NCBI RefSeq assembly: GCF_022045235.1
Contig: NW_027266343.1
Span: 43,152,001 to 43,216,000, forward strand
Origin: Haliotis cracherodii
Lineage: Eukaryota
Length of the DNA stretch: 64,000 bases
Reading direction: 5' to 3'
Shown: positions 61,332-64,000 of the stretch, one piece after another
Position numbering within the stretch: position 1 is the stretch's first letter
Layout of the letters: each line of letters opens with the position of its first letter
Program-made: the position numbers and the translations under genes
Notes under the pieces: generated by a model
What the model saw: the letters and a program-made list of their open reading frames with translations, nothing else
The model's database searches: none
Told to the model about the DNA's origin: nothing

Positions 61332-63170
61332 TACTGCGTATAAAATGTTTTTATTGAATAAATATTGTCAAAACTGACATTTGAATATGACCTTTACGGT
61401 CATGTTTAAAATTGGTTCAAACTTATATGACGGTATTTCAAAGACACCATAGATCCCTCATAGAATGTTGGGCATTGTGGTTTTAGAGATGTAGGCGTTT
61501 ATAATTACAAATATGATTTATCTGGTACATAAATGTAACACATTTGTTCCACATGAACAAACTTGATTAAATAGTTTAATACCGATGCCATTAATTTTTT
61601 GTATCACGTTAATCCGGGAAGTAATTGAATTATGATTACAAATGCACTCAAAATGATTTTTCTTTTTTATTATCGAAAACCCAAATGTTTAACAGTGTTG
61701 TTGAATTTGGTCACATATATATGTATAAATAATTGCATAAAATAATGTACATTAAAAGTGAGTAAGGAAAGAGCAGGATAATGATGCTACTATGTTTATC
61801 ACATTTAAAGGATATTTATTTCGACTTTTAAAAACATAATACTTCACCATCCTAAAATTATAACATTTTGTTTGACCAGTTATCATTGTGGGCCCTTATT
61901 ATGTATTTAAACAGTAATGGTCACGTATTGTCTTCAGATAACACCCGTTTTTGTGCAGGTGAATCGATCAAAATCATGTGCACAGCACTATAGTGGCAAA
62001 AGTGGTTTTTCACGTGCAACTGGTCACGTGTCCATAATACCGCACGTGTTTTCAGCCATACTTGTTAGCAGTCATTAACAAAACGGACTATTTATGATTT
62101 ACAGACGCGTCTACAGCAAACGGGTACCACCGCTGATCGCCCTCGGCCAGGTCGACCACGAATGACGCCACATGCAAAGGATCGTCAGATTGTCTTACGT
62201 CACCTCCGTAACCGATTTTTGACGGCTACATCAACCAGAAATGAACTGTTTAGGGGTAGACTGAGTGCGCAAACTGTTCGAAACCGTCTGAGAACTGCCC
62301 ACCTTCAAGCACGACGGCCATACTGCGGGCCGATTCTGACTCAATTACACAGACGTCAACGTCAATTGTGGGCACAGCGAATCCCGATTTAATCTTCGAT
62401 TTGCTGATGGTAGGGTGAGGGTGTGGATGCGCCGTCATGAACGTTACCCCCAGTGTTGTGTACAGGAAGTTGACAGATTTCGAGGCGGAAGTGTCATGGT
62501 GTGGGGTGCATTCTGTGGCAATGCACGTTCCAGGCTTCTTGTCATCCGTGGCAACCTCAACGCTGCTGCTTACCGCGACCAGGTACTGGCACCAGAACTT
62601 CTGCCCTTTATGGCAGCACATGGACCCGGTTTGATCTTCCAACACGACAATGCCAGACCCCACACAGCAATTTTGACAAGGAATTTCCTTCAGAATGCCG
62701 GAGTCAACGTCATGGACTGGCCGTCAAGGTCTCCCGACCTCAATCCCATCGAACACGTCTGGGATGCTCTTGGCAGAAGTCTGCACACTCTCCAGAACCA
62801 ACCACAGAATTTGGAAGATCTTGGCACCATTTTGCAGCAACAATGGCGTCGTCTTCCCAATCATGTGTTCCCAAGCATCACAAGGTCCATGCGGAGGCGT
62901 TGTGTGGCAGTTGTCAACGCACATGGTGGCCATACACGCTATTGAACTTGTGTGCCATCAGATTCTCGTGCTTGGGACTTATGATTCAAACTATTGATGT
63001 TATTACTGAATACCGTAGGTGCTTGGAACAAATCATGGTTACCACCGTTAATTAAAATCCTTCTTTGGACATTAATGATTAAAAATTACCTTCTCTGATA
63101 CATTTGTCCGTTGTATATCATATATGGGATTACTTTTTAAAATGTGAAGTTTTTAAATTGACGCAGTATA
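61332..63170 (+). mobile_element. Tc1-like DD34E transposon, transposase partly deleted (intact C-terminal ORF at 62415-62945); left end tentative
   Basis: DRPRPGRPR, TVRNRL..ARRPYCGPIL, SVMVWGAF, FQHDNARPH, WPSRSPDLNPIEHVW, GGHTRY; short terminal match TACTGCGT/ACGCAGTA. Confidence 0.88.
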
Positions 63171-63684
63171 CTTACAAATGACTGTACACAATTAACCATA
63201 TCATACAATCAGTATTTAATTAATTACTTCAGAAACAAGTTATTATTAACTGAAAAATGATGATGGTATAAACAGATGAGTCAGATTATTTATATTTACT
63301 GTCATGTGTCTGCTTTGTCAATTACCTCTGCCATTAACATTACAATTTACTACATACTGTCAGATTTGCTGAACATTATAAATCATATTATAGTTTATGA
63401 TATATTTGGGTAACCTATTTGTGAAAAGGCAGTGTGGGTTTGGGCGTAAGTAAATGGGAAATACATGCATTGTCAATTTACACAAATATGCGTTTATATA
63501 AGTTTTGCTTCCAGAATTTATTTTCATGTTAAAATACAGAATATTTTCATCCCGAGTTCTCAAGGACACAATAACCGTTTCTGAATATTTTCTTATACTG
63601 TTCATGAACGTTTACCATCCAAATAGCTTGTTTTCAATGAAAAGTTATTCAAGTAGCTCACAAACATTATATAAACTCGTTATA

Positions 63685-64000
63685 CAGAAGGGATCCTCGA
63701 TGTAACCTACTGGCTGGCTGTATGAATAGAAGGGACACCCGATGTAACATAGTAGCTGTTTGTATGAATAGAAGGGACACCCAATGTAACCTAGTGGCTA
63801 GTTGTATGTATAGAAGGGACACCCGATGTAACCTATTGACTTGTTCTATGAATAGAAGGGACACTCAATGTAACCTAGTGGCTGGGTGTATGAATAGAAG
63901 GGACACCCGATGTAACCTAGTGGCTTGTTCTATGAATAGAAGGGACACCCGATGTAACCTAGTGACTGGCTGCATGAATCGAAGGGACACCCGATGTAAC
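63685..64000. repeat. 42-bp minisatellite (runs off the window end)
   Basis: GAAGGGACACCCGATGTAACC recurs at 63729, 63771, 63813 and onward. Confidence 0.93.

Noticed and set aside
62415-62945. Active transposase gene
   Set aside because: The N-terminal part and the region of the first catalytic Asp are deleted or frameshifted

Overview
This is eukaryotic (metazoan) genomic DNA with four N-gaps. The SINE and transposon repertoire suggests a mollusc, possibly a gastropod (inference). None of the long ORFs in the supplied track is a complete gene; the real genes are spliced and were rebuilt by hand from GT-AG sites and frame continuity. (1) Gene A (+, CDS 6967-15433, 6 exons, 212 aa) and gene B (-, CDS 19580-27395, 5 exons, 195 aa) are a tail-to-tail pair of highly diverged secreted proteins. 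Each has a signal peptide, 12 mature cysteines in two 6-Cys modules and the same intron phases (DUF19/T20D4.11-like architecture). (2) A tandem segmental duplication (~23.9-43.7 kb vs ~45.6-60.7 kb) carries two intact METTL27/WBSCR27-like SAM methyltransferase genes (-, 227 aa each, ~95% identical). It also carries a second copy of part of gene B, killed by a SINE and a MITE. The rest is minisatellites, four SINE-like families, and relics of R4/Dong, L1/Tx1, Penelope-like, pogo, mariner and Tc1 elements. The most notable oddities are: a 55-bp minisatellite built from gene A's exon-4 splice acceptor that forms a potential array of in-frame 30-nt microexons; two satellites whose unexpanded ancestors survive in the sister duplicate; a ~98%-identical 500-bp patch apparently copied between METTL27 paralog introns; and a hammerhead-ribozyme-bearing inverted-repeat element in a gene B intron.
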